A DNA stretch of 33,353 nucleotides from a virus: positions 1-33,353 of the IMG/VR virus record IMGVR_UViG_3300045988_174038; one strand, 5' to 3'. The notes below the pieces were generated by a model. The model made no database searches. It saw only the letters and a list, made by a program, of their open reading frames with translations, and was not told where the DNA came from. The translations under genes were made by a program, and so were the position numbers. How positions within the stretch are numbered: the first letter of the stretch is position 1; every line of letters starts with the position of its first letter. Below, in pieces: positions 7,423 through 17,178 of this stretch.

Positions 7423-9039
7423 ATGGCTGATTTTCAAGACGTAAATGTCGACGGACTTGCGCCATTTCAAAACGGAGCAGCTTTTAACACGTATTGGACG
7501 TACAATCCGAGTACGAAGCAGGCGTTTTGGGCGCAGTTGTCAAGCCGATATACATACTTTGGGATGCGGTACTTGCAACATTGGTTGTATTGGTACGACG
7601 GTTGGGTGCCGTATTTCCACAATTCAAACAATGGAATATTCAGCACCAAGCTTGCGCAAAGCCTTGTAAACCGTATTTCGGATAAAGTCTATGGCGGAAA
7701 GCTGATGTTCAAAAACGCAGGTGCGGAACAGTGCAAACACGAGCCTAACGAAGCGTTGCGCACCGTGAGCAAGTGGGCGGAACACAACTTTTGTGAAGCT
7801 TTTCATCGGGCGATACTATACGCAGGTGCAGGCGGTACGGCACTGATAAAGGCAAACCGTGACAAGCGAGGACTGTGGACGGAAGCGTTGCGAGTGGATA
7901 GTTTTATCCCCACCGTAGATTTTAGGGGAAACGTTATTCGTGTAGAGTGTTTCCTAACACAATACGCCGACTTGCAACAAAACGAGAACGGCAAGAAAGC
8001 CGAGAATTATTATCTCGTAGAAGAACGGTATTTCGGCGACATCGAAACGGAACACGTTGTTTTGCACAACAGACCGTTGGTGCGCTATTCAATCAAGAAA
8101 GCGAGCGGGGTGGTTGGAACAGGTGGCGATGTAACAAGCGTGAGTACCGAAACTGTGCTGTTTGGGCGTTTGCCGAAACAAGTGCGTAGAGCATTGTTGA
8201 AAAATTACAATGCGCTGATATTCGATGTTCCGCAGTTGCTACCGTTTCACGATTGGCTGGGTGTAGAACTTGTCAAGTGGACAACGAACGTGAGCGACTT
8301 GCCGATGTTGCCTTTTGGTGAAAGTTTGCTTGCACCGATAATTTCGCAGTTGATGGCGTACGACTACTATTTCAGTGCGTTTGCGACCGATATGTACACG
8401 GGGCGTGCCAAAGTGCTTATGCCAAGCAATATGATTGACCCCGTAAAGGCGAAAGAAACGCAGAATTACAACTCGAATTTCGACAGCTTTTTGTACAAGA
8501 GATATCCGAGCCGAAACCCCGAGAGCGAAAAGCCGATACCGTTGCAGTTTGATTTGCGCGCCACCGATTGGAAAACAATTCGTGACACGATACTCGAAAA
8601 CATTGCCGTCAGTTTGGGCGTTAATACATCAACGATTGCAGGCTTTTTGGGCGACAACAACGCAAGAACGGCAAGAGAAATTTCGACCGAAGAAAACGAA
8701 ACCGCAGGTTACATCAACAACAAGCGCAACATTTTGGGAATGTCGGCAAACCGATACTTAAAACACATAACCGAGTATTTGGGATATGCCGATACCGTAG
8801 ATGTGCGTTGGAGTCGTGCAGGGTTGACGAATATGCAAAGCCTTGCCGAGATACTCAACATCGGTTTGCAGTCGGGGTTCATAAGCAAGCGCAAAGCGGT
8901 TGAAATGTTCAACCTTGACGACGACGTAATGCAAGTAGAAGAAGAATACAACGCCATACGAGCGGACGATGCGGTTCGGGAAAGCAACGAGTACGCAGGG
9001 TTCGGGGCGTTTGGCGGTGACGAGAGGTTGCCTAAATGA
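7423..9039 (+). CDS. Portal protein
   Basis: 538 aa, directly after terL and before the Mu-F-like head protein. The call rests on synteny and size; no diagnostic motif was read. Confidence 0.75.
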   Translation: MADFQDVNVDGLAPFQNGAAFNTYWTYNPSTKQAFWAQLSSRYTYFGMRYLQHWLYWYDGWVPYFHNSNNGIFSTKLAQSLVNRISDKVYGGKLMFKNAGAEQCKHEPNEALRTVSKWAEHNFCEAFHRAILYAGAGGTALIKANRDKRGLWTEALRVDSFIPTVDFRGNVIRVECFLTQYADLQQNENGKKAENYYLVEERYFGDIETEHVVLHNRPLVRYSIKKASGVVGTGGDVTSVSTETVLFGRLPKQVRRALLKNYNALIFDVPQLLPFHDWLGVELVKWTTNVSDLPMLPFGESLLAPIISQLMAYDYYFSAFATDMYTGRAKVLMPSNMIDPVKAKETQNYNSNFDSFLYKRYPSRNPESEKPIPLQFDLRATDWKTIRDTILENIAVSLGVNTSTIAGFLGDNNARTAREISTEENETAGYINNKRNILGMSANRYLKHITEYLGYADTVDVRWSRAGLTNMQSLAEILNIGLQSGFISKRKAVEMFNLDDDVMQVEEEYNAIRADDAVRESNEYAGFGAFGGDERLPK

Positions 9040-10073
9040 AACGACAAGCGAGCAGTCGGTTATCTGCCGAAGCGCAAGCTGTAATGGACGGACAAACGGC
9101 TGTTAAGCAAATCGTCAAGGACTTGTACTTGCGTGGGTTTTCGTGGGCTAAAATTGAAACGGCGGTGCGAAAAGAAATAGCGGTAACGCAAAGTGAGATT
9201 GACATCGAGTATCTCAAAGGCGAAACCGCTAAAAGCCTTATTGCATTAGCGTGGCGAGTTTACAACGATATGAAATCGTCGGCGAGTTTCGGCGATTTGG
9301 CGGTACTTTGGGCGGTGGTTGGGTTGCGGTCGAAGAATTTACCGAGCGCACAACAAGAAGCCGCAGAAGAGCTAATAGAGCGCGTCACGTGGCAAATGCC
9401 AAAGGGAACGCAAATGACACAGCGCATCTACCACTATTGGAAAGATGTTAAGGCGACCGTAGCTAAGCTTGCGGACGAACGAGCCTTAGACGAGAGCGAC
9501 AGTGGCGAAAGCAAAATATCTTTGCGGGCGAAAGCTGAAATTATTGTCCGTGAAGAGTTCCACAAGAAAGAAATGGAGCGTATGCGTGCGAAAACACGGT
9601 TGGTAATAATTAGCACTCACAGCGATTGTAGCGACCGTTGCGCACCGTACCAAGGGCGTGTTTACAGCCTTGACGGTACGAGCGGAACAACGCCCGACGG
9701 ACGTAGTTTTGTACCGATTGAAGAAGCGACCGAAAACCCGAGGGATAGATACGTCACCAAAGCTGGCGTAGTGTATCAGAATGGGTTGTTCGGGTTCAAT
9801 TGTAGGCATATCATGATAGAATACGCAGACGGACTAACTCCGCCGACGGAAAGCGAAGCCGTGCGACAACGTGAAGTTGCAATCGACAAGAAGCAACGTG
9901 AGTACGAGCGAGAAATAATACGAGCAAGGGAAAAGGCTGTTGCTTACAAAGGAATTGACCGCAAAGAATATACGAAGTGGAAAATTCGTGCGAGCAAACT
10001 TTTGGAAGAATACGCCGATTATAGTCACAAACACGGCAGGTCGTACTACACGAGCCGTATTCGAGTTTTATAG
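9036..10073 (+). CDS. Minor head / head-morphogenesis protein (Phage Mu F / SPP1 gp7-like)
   Basis: Position after the portal. The C-terminal region ..HSDCSDRCAPYQGRVYSLDG...GLFGFNCRH.. resembles the conserved Mu-F-like core. Confidence 0.7.
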   Translation: MKRQASSRLSAEAQAVMDGQTAVKQIVKDLYLRGFSWAKIETAVRKEIAVTQSEIDIEYLKGETAKSLIALAWRVYNDMKSSASFGDLAVLWAVVGLRSKNLPSAQQEAAEELIERVTWQMPKGTQMTQRIYHYWKDVKATVAKLADERALDESDSGESKISLRAKAEIIVREEFHKKEMERMRAKTRLVIISTHSDCSDRCAPYQGRVYSLDGTSGTTPDGRSFVPIEEATENPRDRYVTKAGVVYQNGLFGFNCRHIMIEYADGLTPPTESEAVRQREVAIDKKQREYEREIIRAREKAVAYKGIDRKEYTKWKIRASKLLEEYADYSHKHGRSYYTSRIRVL

Positions 10074-10243
10074 CACCGTCCGAAAGGGCGTTGTATATCG
10101 ACAGCACAGTCGTTAAAAGCAAAGGGGAAAGCCGCAAATTAGCCCTATTGACCGAAAGCGTGAGGCGTGAGTAACTCAAAACGTGGGCGTTTGGCGAGGG
10201 AGTAACCTTTACCTAGGTAAATATAAAAGGAGCGTAAACAGAA

Positions 10244-10774
10244 ATGGCAATTTTCGGAAAGAAAATCACGACGGCAGAAATGCTGTTAAAGGCGTTGAAC
10301 GACTTGTCGGACGAGGAAAGAACGAAGTTTGAACAGAGCCTCAAAGACCGTGTCGACGAGAGCGTAGGCGCACAAGAAGAAGCGGACAACGAACAAGACA
10401 CGCAAAGTGCCGTAGACCGTGTAGACGAAAGCGTAGGAGCGGAGAACGCTAACGCTGACGAAAATGCGGACGGTGTGGTGAAAGAAAGTACGGACGATAC
10501 CAACGTTGAGGAAACCGAGGATACGGACGTACCGACAAACGAAGAAGTTGCCACAGCTGAGGACGAAAAGTACAAGGCTTTGCTTGCCCGAATTGACGCA
10601 CAAGACGCACAAATCGCAAATCTAATGACGGCGTTTGGCGAAATTGGAGAGTTGAAAGACAAAAGCGAAAATTTCGGCGCAACGGAAGTGGGCGATAATG
10701 TGGATACGAGCGACGAACAACGTGACGACGACCGTATTATGGCAAACTTCTACGGCAGTTCCTACCGTAAATAA
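10244..10774 (+). CDS. Scaffolding protein (acidic, repeat-containing)
   Basis: 176 aa, very D/E-rich, directly upstream of the major capsid gene. It contains an internal duplicated DRVDESVGA. Confidence 0.6.
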   Translation: MAIFGKKITTAEMLLKALNDLSDEERTKFEQSLKDRVDESVGAQEEADNEQDTQSAVDRVDESVGAENANADENADGVVKESTDDTNVEETEDTDVPTNEEVATAEDEKYKALLARIDAQDAQIANLMTAFGEIGELKDKSENFGATEVGDNVDTSDEQRDDDRIMANFYGSSYRK

Positions 10775-10810
10775 GGGACAAAACAAAATTTTAATTAAAG
10801 GAGCCTTATT

Positions 10811-12115
10811 ATGAGCGCAATTTTTGCAGACATTAAAACCCCGTATATCAACGAGTTGACCTTGAAGCGTTACCTCGTACCCAAGACCAAAGAAAACATC
10901 TTCCAAGGCGTTGTACTCCGTCCCGGCGAAGCATGCACCGACAAATTTAGCGACGACACCGATGCCGCCGAATTGCAAGTTATCCGTATCAAGCCGAACG
11001 ACAAGCAAGCACGTGACATCGGTGCTGACGTGAACGGTGGCTATTTCAACGAAGAAAACGCCGTACAACCTACGTCTGCGGCTTATGGTATCAAGATTTT
11101 GACTACCATTGACTACAACATCGACATCCCCACCAATGCGCAAGACATGATTAGCGTAGACCTCGTAGAAGCCGAGTTGCAAAACTTGTCGGGCAAGGTT
11201 AACCGCAACATCAACGCAGTTACGCTTGCGGCGCAATTCAAGACTTACCTCAACGCAAAGACGGCAGGTACGGTTGAAAACCTTGTTGAAGTTGATACCG
11301 CAAACTACCAAAAGGGCGATTACAAAAACGCTTTGCTTGATGCAGGTGCATACCTTGACGCAGGCAACGAAGAGGAAGGTATCGACCTTTATCCGTCCGA
11401 ACAACGTGCTTACCTCGTAAGAGCGGCTGTACGTTCCAAGCTTATGCGTGACGGCGACATCATAATTGGCGGCAGTAACGTGGCGCAAGACATGCAAGCG
11501 GCTGGTGGTTTGTCTCCTCGTGCAAGACGTTTCGGCGTAGACGGTTACGCTGGCGAGCTTGACGGTACGCCTGTGTACGTTGTAAGTGACCCCACTTTCA
11601 ACCTTGTGGCTGACTACCTCGACCTCGACAAGGCACAACTCAAAGGCGTGTTGGCGGTTCTCGTATCCGCAATCGGTACAGGTCGTGCGCTTGCGTTCAA
11701 CAGCGTTATGAAGACAATTCCGTCGCCTGCTGGACAAGGTGTGCGTTTGCAACCCAAGTACAGAATGGGTGCTGAATGTTGGGATGCACACAGCGTGGTG
11801 CTGATTGTCGAAAAGGACTGGGCGGCACCTACTGGCGCATTGACCGTCGTTGCCCCCGCAAGCCGTGCAGGCTTTGTGGCTATGACTGTAAACGTCAAGG
11901 ACGGCGGTACAAACAAGAGCGGTGCAACCGTTACGGCTACGAGTGGCGCAAGAGTATCTACGGGTACTACGGGTGCTGACGGTAACGTCGTGATTTATGT
12001 ACGCAAGGGTTCGGCAGGTTCCGCTACGGCAGTTCTCGGCGCAAAATCGGGTACGGTGACGTGGCAAGCTTCCGACAGCGTGCAAGCATTTACCAAAAAC
12101 GCAGCTTTGGCGTAA
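10811..12115 (+). CDS. Major capsid protein with a C-terminal Ig-like/beta-sandwich extension
   Basis: 434 aa with a strong RBS (AAAGGAG), following the scaffold gene. The tail ..VAMTVNVKDGGTNKSGATVTATSGARVSTGTTGADGNVVIYVRKG.. looks like an appended beta-sandwich decoration domain. The call is by synteny. Confidence 0.75.
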   Translation: MSAIFADIKTPYINELTLKRYLVPKTKENIFQGVVLRPGEACTDKFSDDTDAAELQVIRIKPNDKQARDIGADVNGGYFNEENAVQPTSAAYGIKILTTIDYNIDIPTNAQDMISVDLVEAELQNLSGKVNRNINAVTLAAQFKTYLNAKTAGTVENLVEVDTANYQKGDYKNALLDAGAYLDAGNEEEGIDLYPSEQRAYLVRAAVRSKLMRDGDIIIGGSNVAQDMQAAGGLSPRARRFGVDGYAGELDGTPVYVVSDPTFNLVADYLDLDKAQLKGVLAVLVSAIGTGRALAFNSVMKTIPSPAGQGVRLQPKYRMGAECWDAHSVVLIVEKDWAAPTGALTVVAPASRAGFVAMTVNVKDGGTNKSGATVTATSGARVSTGTTGADGNVVIYVRKGSAGSATAVLGAKSGTVTWQASDSVQAFTKNAALA

Positions 12116-12123
12116 ACCAGAAA

Positions 12124-12185
12124 TTGAGGGGTGGGCAACTGCCCCTCAAATATGCTACTAAGAGTATGGGCGGTGCAACTCCGCC
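12124..12185 (+). promoter_or_regulatory. Two GC-rich hairpins after the capsid gene (no U-tract; possible partial terminator or mRNA-stabilising element)
   Basis: TTGAGGGG 12124-12131 pairs with CCCCTCAA 12142-12149. GGCGG 12169-12173 pairs with CCGCC 12181-12185. The loops are similar (TGGGCAACTG and TGCAACT). Confidence 0.45.
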
Positions 12186-12197
12186 GAGGAGCGAAAT

Positions 12198-12560
12198 ATG
12201 GAATTGTTGGTTACTTACGAGGATGTAAAAAACGAATTGGGTGTTGACCTTACAGTGGAATTGGGGCAACCTCGGGATGTCAACTTGTGGTTGAAGAGAC
12301 AAGAACGAGTAGTGTTGAACTTCATTGCGGCGCACAAAATAAGCGGATATGTAGCCGTGCAAGAAATGTTGAAAGACGAAAAAGCAACGGCAATAATAAA
12401 GCAAGCGATAGTCGAACACATCCACTATTTGGCGGAAAACAAATTTGTCGAGCCCGACCTATTGGCGCAAAAGGACGGCGACCAACTAGTGCCGACAATT
12501 GCAATGCAAGCGCAGTGGACGTTGGAAAACAGCGGTTTGTTGTATTCGGGGCGGATATGA
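12198..12560 (+). CDS. Head-tail connector/adaptor protein (gp6-like, by position)
   Basis: 120 aa, the first gene after the capsid gene. The N-terminus is MELLVTYEDVKNELGVD.., typical of small head-tail connector proteins. Confidence 0.55.
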   Translation: MELLVTYEDVKNELGVDLTVELGQPRDVNLWLKRQERVVLNFIAAHKISGYVAVQEMLKDEKATAIIKQAIVEHIHYLAENKFVEPDLLAQKDGDQLVPTIAMQAQWTLENSGLLYSGRI

Positions 12561-12925
12561 GCAAAAGAAGATACACAGCGGCGGCGTTTGCAAGACTTTG
12601 GGTGACGGTCGCTAAAAGAGAAACGTCACGGCGCAGTTACCACCAAGTGCGTGACGGGCAGTTTTCGTATCGGCTTTTTGTGTCGGGCAAAGGCAATATT
12701 CCGTTTGACACGGGCAAATTGCAAGACAGTATTTTCCTTGCCGAAAGGGGAAATAGGTCGGCAACAATACGAATACCTGTGCATTATGCTGTTTACTTGC
12801 AATATTGCACTCGGGTAGGCACATCGTGGGCACCTAATCAACACAAAAATTGGTTGCAAAAATTCACGAGGGGCGAATACTACCGCACCGTTAGCCGTAG
12901 GTACGAGGGGGTAAGGATAGAATGA
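12557..12925 (+). CDS. HK97 gp10-like head-tail joining protein
   Basis: ATG 12557 (ATGA overlap). The motif ..IPFDTGKLQDSIFL.. resembles the conserved (V/I)P.DTG.L..S motif of the HK97 gp10 family. Confidence 0.55.
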   Translation: MSKRRYTAAAFARLWVTVAKRETSRRSYHQVRDGQFSYRLFVSGKGNIPFDTGKLQDSIFLAERGNRSATIRIPVHYAVYLQYCTRVGTSWAPNQHKNWLQKFTRGEYYRTVSRRYEGVRIE

Positions 12926-13266
12926 TAAGTCAAGTTGCGAGGCGGTATCAGTTAGAAAACGGACACTACCAAGAGGGTGAGATTGCGCACGGAAAGGAAA
13001 CGGCGAAGTTCAAGTACGCAATAAAAGCTGACAGCACCACAAGAACGCAAGCGTTGCACGGTTTTGTGACGGCAGATGTCGCACGAGAAATTGAAGTTGT
13101 GAACATAGCGTTTATCAATCAGAGTGACACGATGATGTTGGCGGACGGTGCGCAGTACATGGTGGTGGGGTTCGACCAAAAACCGATAGACGAAAATCAA
13201 TTGCGAAACCTACCTTGGGAAAAGGTTGACAAGGTTTGGCGAATAAGTTTAAGAAGCGTGAGGTGA
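12922..13266 (+). CDS. Virion structural protein, 114 aa (neck or tail completion, by position)
   Basis: ATGA overlap with the upstream gene. No family recognised. Confidence 0.6.
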   Translation: MISQVARRYQLENGHYQEGEIAHGKETAKFKYAIKADSTTRTQALHGFVTADVAREIEVVNIAFINQSDTMMLADGAQYMVVGFDQKPIDENQLRNLPWEKVDKVWRISLRSVR

Positions 13267-13272
13267 TAGTCA

Positions 13273-14112
13273 ATGCTAAACGAAATGTTCGGAGAAATAC
13301 AAAGCATACTAGGCGACGGATACGGACTGTTTCAAGAGTTCGCCCCGAAAAGTATTCTAAGCAAGGAATATTGGGATAAATACAAAAACCTAGGTGTGCT
13401 TTACGTGAACGACGGCACTCCGAATTTTGTCCCCGACGGGGCGAGCATGACTATTGACTACACGCTTTCTCTTTTAATGCGGATAGAAAACGGCGTGAAC
13501 ACGTCTGATTTGATTGTTGAGCCGTTGGAAAAATTGTCGTCGGCAATGACGGGAATATTGTACACGGAAAAAGAAACGTGGAAGTATATGTTGAACGTCG
13601 GTTTGCCTACTACGGACGGCGAAATACACGTTGGTAGCGGTTTTCAGTTCATAACATACGATATCCCAATTACGGCGATTGTTGCAAGCGGAGTGCTATT
13701 GACGGATACCACAAAAAAAATAAAAGTCAGCATTGGGACGACATCGGCGTTCTTGAAAGGCGTGATAACTTGCACGGAAATGCCCACATCCGAGCTAGAA
13801 AGCGCAATCTTCCTCAACTCGGGTACTTTATTGGGCGAAACCGCAAATTCCGTAGAAAGCCTTGTAGTGGCTCGTGGGTGGGGTTTGCACATAACGAAAC
13901 TGTACCGTCCCAACGACCCGATAGACGTTGCGTTGCGAAGTGAAGCTTTGCTGGTGACGTCGGATAACATTATATCGGTGGAATACGCTATGGGCGACGA
14001 AAGTCCGATAACAAGGAGCTGTATTATAAGCGATGTTACGTTTGCTAACGAAAAGGGGCAAGCAGTAATAATGTCGTTTACGTTATCCAAGGCAATGCGG
14101 ACTACGGCGTGA
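13273..14112 (+). CDS. Virion structural protein, 279 aa (tail tube or adaptor candidate)
   Basis: Track ORF within the structural module. No family recognised. Confidence 0.6.
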   Translation: MLNEMFGEIQSILGDGYGLFQEFAPKSILSKEYWDKYKNLGVLYVNDGTPNFVPDGASMTIDYTLSLLMRIENGVNTSDLIVEPLEKLSSAMTGILYTEKETWKYMLNVGLPTTDGEIHVGSGFQFITYDIPITAIVASGVLLTDTTKKIKVSIGTTSAFLKGVITCTEMPTSELESAIFLNSGTLLGETANSVESLVVARGWGLHITKLYRPNDPIDVALRSEALLVTSDNIISVEYAMGDESPITRSCIISDVTFANEKGQAVIMSFTLSKAMRTTA

Positions 14113-14120
14113 GGTGAGAT

Positions 14121-14564
14121 ATGGCTGACCTAGAAGTAAAATTTTACGTCAACGGTGGTGGCGGTTCGGGCGCAGTTGCGGAGACGGCAGGCATTGATAC
14201 CGAAACAGCCGAGGAAAACTCCAAAACGGCACTTACTGTTGAAGAAACAATGCGAATAGTACGGCGTTTTTCACGGCAAATAGCGACGAACGTTGCCGGC
14301 AGTATCGGCACATTTACAGGCAACAATGTGCTACAAGAACGAGTTGAAAGGGGCGTAAGCTTTACCACTAGGGCGGTAAGTGTTGGCGTTGCATTTGTTG
14401 CAAATCCGATACTCGGCGGTTTTGCGCTTGTTGGCGAGGGTGTCGATATTGCGTTTAGATTGGCGCAAGAAAACCGCAAACGAGAATGGCAAAACGTTGC
14501 GGCTAGCGAGTTAAGACGGCGTGCAGGGTACGAAAGCAATCGGAATAGAGGGGGCATACGGTAA
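14121..14564 (+). CDS. Gly-rich hydrophobic internal protein, 147 aa (mini tape-measure or ejection-protein candidate)
   Basis: A hydrophobic Gly/Ala/Val stretch ..AVSVGVAFVANPILGGFALVGEGV.. It occupies the position where a tape-measure gene would normally lie. Confidence 0.55.
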   Translation: MADLEVKFYVNGGGGSGAVAETAGIDTETAEENSKTALTVEETMRIVRRFSRQIATNVAGSIGTFTGNNVLQERVERGVSFTTRAVSVGVAFVANPILGGFALVGEGVDIAFRLAQENRKREWQNVAASELRRRAGYESNRNRGGIR

Positions 14565-15307
14565 TGAACATCACAATCAAGCGTGGTAGCGAAACATTGC
14601 ACGGTATCGTCCCACTAGACTTGCAGTGGCGGTTAAACGAGCAATTGGACGGTGGCACGGCTAATTACATTAAAACAGAAGATAAGGCGTTAGGGGCGAA
14701 TACACCGCTCGACAAGTACATCGTGACAATCGACAACGAAACGTTTGAGTTTGTCGGTATGGATAGCTTTGCAGTGTGGAAACGTCAGCGTGCGAGTAGA
14801 ACGGACGAAAGCGGAAACGTAAGCTTTTATACCGCCGAAATACGGAAACATCAACTTGCGCTGACAGAGCCGACAAAGTTGTTGCAAGGCGTAATGATTG
14901 ACGGCTTTCAAGTAACGCAACCTAACCCACCGACAAAAACGCTGAAAGACGTTGTAACGAGAGTGCTGAAATATTCGCCGTTTGACGGACAGCGTTTTTA
15001 TTTGACCACTGACACGACCATTGTAAGCGTTTTGACGGCAACAATCTCGCCCGAATTTCGGTGGAACACGCAAACAACGCTTTTTGAAGTATTGCAAGAC
15101 ATCGGCGCAGTGATAAACGCAATTCCAAGGCTTGTGAGCGGTGCAAACGGCGAGTTTACGGTCGTCACGTATGATTTTGTGGACGATTACGGAACGGCGG
15201 TTACAGACCTAGCTGACGGCTTTACAACGGACACAGGCAACAGCGTTGACGGCGACCAATACAACAGCGAGCTAACGGCGGTTGTTGAAAATCTAACCGA
15301 GGAGTAA
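14564..15307 (+). CDS. Tail or baseplate structural protein, 247 aa (distal-tail-like by position)
   Basis: ATG 14564 overlaps the previous stop. The call rests on size and position only. Confidence 0.55.
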   Translation: MNITIKRGSETLHGIVPLDLQWRLNEQLDGGTANYIKTEDKALGANTPLDKYIVTIDNETFEFVGMDSFAVWKRQRASRTDESGNVSFYTAEIRKHQLALTEPTKLLQGVMIDGFQVTQPNPPTKTLKDVVTRVLKYSPFDGQRFYLTTDTTIVSVLTATISPEFRWNTQTTLFEVLQDIGAVINAIPRLVSGANGEFTVVTYDFVDDYGTAVTDLADGFTTDTGNSVDGDQYNSELTAVVENLTEE

Positions 15308-15310
15308 GGA

Positions 15311-17164
15311 ATGAAAAATACATTGACATATCCGAGCTATTCGGGGTGGATAACGGTCCGGACGGACGATATACAACTGACGACCAATAATGCGATGTTG
15401 ATAATGCCAAAGCCTATCGTGCAAATACAAAAGGTGCTGTTGGATATTATCGGTATCGGCACGGTTGGTATAACATTCAAAGACACGTCGGTAGCGAGCA
15501 CTCGGAAACAAATAAATGAAATAACTACGGCGGCTGGCGATACAAGCACGACGTTGTCCGTTTTAGACATCTCACACTACATCGTTGAACAAGACTTATA
15601 CAAGACGTTGTCAACACAAGGCGCATTTGACCCCGCAACGGACGACATCTCGAAAAACAACACGAGCTACTACAAGCTTTACGACAAAAACATCAAGATT
15701 TGCACCGAAAAGGCAAACATTTTTGCGGATGCGCCGATTTACAATTCGATAGTATATGCGTTGAACGACTTGTTGAAAACGCAATCGCTGTATTGGAGTG
15801 GACAGGAAATCAGCGCAGTATCGGGTTTTATCGAAACCACCTCGCTACTACGGTGGCAATGGCGTGTTGTATACGAGCCGTTGGGCGAAAACGCAAAACT
15901 AAACGTCCCAAAAACAAACGCCGAGGAAATTCCTTTCGCTATTCCGTACAATCAACAACAACAAATAGCGTCGTCGGTGGGATTGGGGCGCAATATGCAA
16001 AGCGTTGCAAACCGCACAGGAACGGAGCAAAAGCAAGTTGTGCGTTACATTACCAAATTGTCACAAATGAGGCGTGTAGGCGCAGTGGCGACGTTAAACG
16101 GCGAGATATGGCGTTTGACGGAAGTTGCAGGAACATTTACGCCGATAAGGGCGAGAATTACAGAAACGTGGACAAAGGGTTGGAGTATGCGTTCGGAATA
16201 CGTCGGTATTAACCGTGAGTTCCGTTCGTGGAATATCCCGAGCCAAATCACCGAGCGCAATTTGCTGTATCAAGACTATTGTTTAATTACACGCAAAACG
16301 GCGTTGAGTTTCGCCGATAACGCAAAAGTCGGCACGTGGGCAAAGCATTTGCTTGTCAAGTTTATCGACAGCACAAAGGCAATTACGCCGACAAGGACGG
16401 AACAAACAGCGATGTGGATATACCGTGAGGGCGTGACCGACCAAGGCGTAATATTGACGGCTTCGGCGTTTGGTTTCGGCAATTCACTCGTGTTTTCGGG
16501 GCGCACGCAAGACAACCTAAGCGCAGGAATAAAGCGTGTACAACTCAACAGTGGTGATAATATTTTGCAACAGAACATCGACACCTACTATTGCAAAGCG
16601 GACGGTACGTTGGAAAAGGCGAAAATTTGGTTTTCTTCCGACATTGAAAGTATGAACGGCGACACGTACCCCGAAGCAATAGGCGCAATAAATACGCCGT
16701 ATTCTGACGGCGCACTATTCGGCACCGCACCGTATTGGTTTGACATTGACAAAGACCCTGCCGAGCAAATAAACTTCACATATCAGTTGCATATGTTGAC
16801 CGACGACCCGAATTTGATTATCGGCACGACGTGGGCAGGGCGCAACCCACTTGTACATCAGTACGACAGTGCTCCGGCACGCAAATATTGGAAAATAACG
16901 AAACGTTTGCCGCAAGGTGCGCAAGTAATGACGAGTGCGTTTGGCGAAACGTCGTCGTCGGCGATATGCACTGTGACGGAGCAATCGGTGAATACGAGAG
17001 TGTATGAAAACATCGCTTTTGTCGTTCCGAGCGGAAGTTTGGGTGTTTGCGTGACGGACGAGAACAACAATATACTTGTGGCGTGGCAAGGTGGCGCAAG
17101 CGCAACGTTTACGACCTATTACACGCACGACTACGGCGCAATCAAAAAAGCCGTTAAAAGCTAA
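15311..17164 (+). CDS. Large tail or baseplate structural protein, 617 aa
   Basis: Track ORF, upstream of the fibre genes. No motif recognised. Confidence 0.65.
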   Translation: MKNTLTYPSYSGWITVRTDDIQLTTNNAMLIMPKPIVQIQKVLLDIIGIGTVGITFKDTSVASTRKQINEITTAAGDTSTTLSVLDISHYIVEQDLYKTLSTQGAFDPATDDISKNNTSYYKLYDKNIKICTEKANIFADAPIYNSIVYALNDLLKTQSLYWSGQEISAVSGFIETTSLLRWQWRVVYEPLGENAKLNVPKTNAEEIPFAIPYNQQQQIASSVGLGRNMQSVANRTGTEQKQVVRYITKLSQMRRVGAVATLNGEIWRLTEVAGTFTPIRARITETWTKGWSMRSEYVGINREFRSWNIPSQITERNLLYQDYCLITRKTALSFADNAKVGTWAKHLLVKFIDSTKAITPTRTEQTAMWIYREGVTDQGVILTASAFGFGNSLVFSGRTQDNLSAGIKRVQLNSGDNILQQNIDTYYCKADGTLEKAKIWFSSDIESMNGDTYPEAIGAINTPYSDGALFGTAPYWFDIDKDPAEQINFTYQLHMLTDDPNLIIGTTWAGRNPLVHQYDSAPARKYWKITKRLPQGAQVMTSAFGETSSSAICTVTEQSVNTRVYENIAFVVPSGSLGVCVTDENNNILVAWQGGASATFTTYYTHDYGAIKKAVKS

Positions 17165-17178
17165 ATGGGAGGCTTAAA

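Noticed and set aside
10622-12085. 487-aa minus-strand ORF antisense to the major capsid gene
   Set aside because: It lies entirely within the well-supported + strand scaffold and capsid genes. It has no RBS and a Cys/Arg/His/Thr-rich, non-protein-like composition. It is explained by codon bias of the sense gene suppressing antisense stops.
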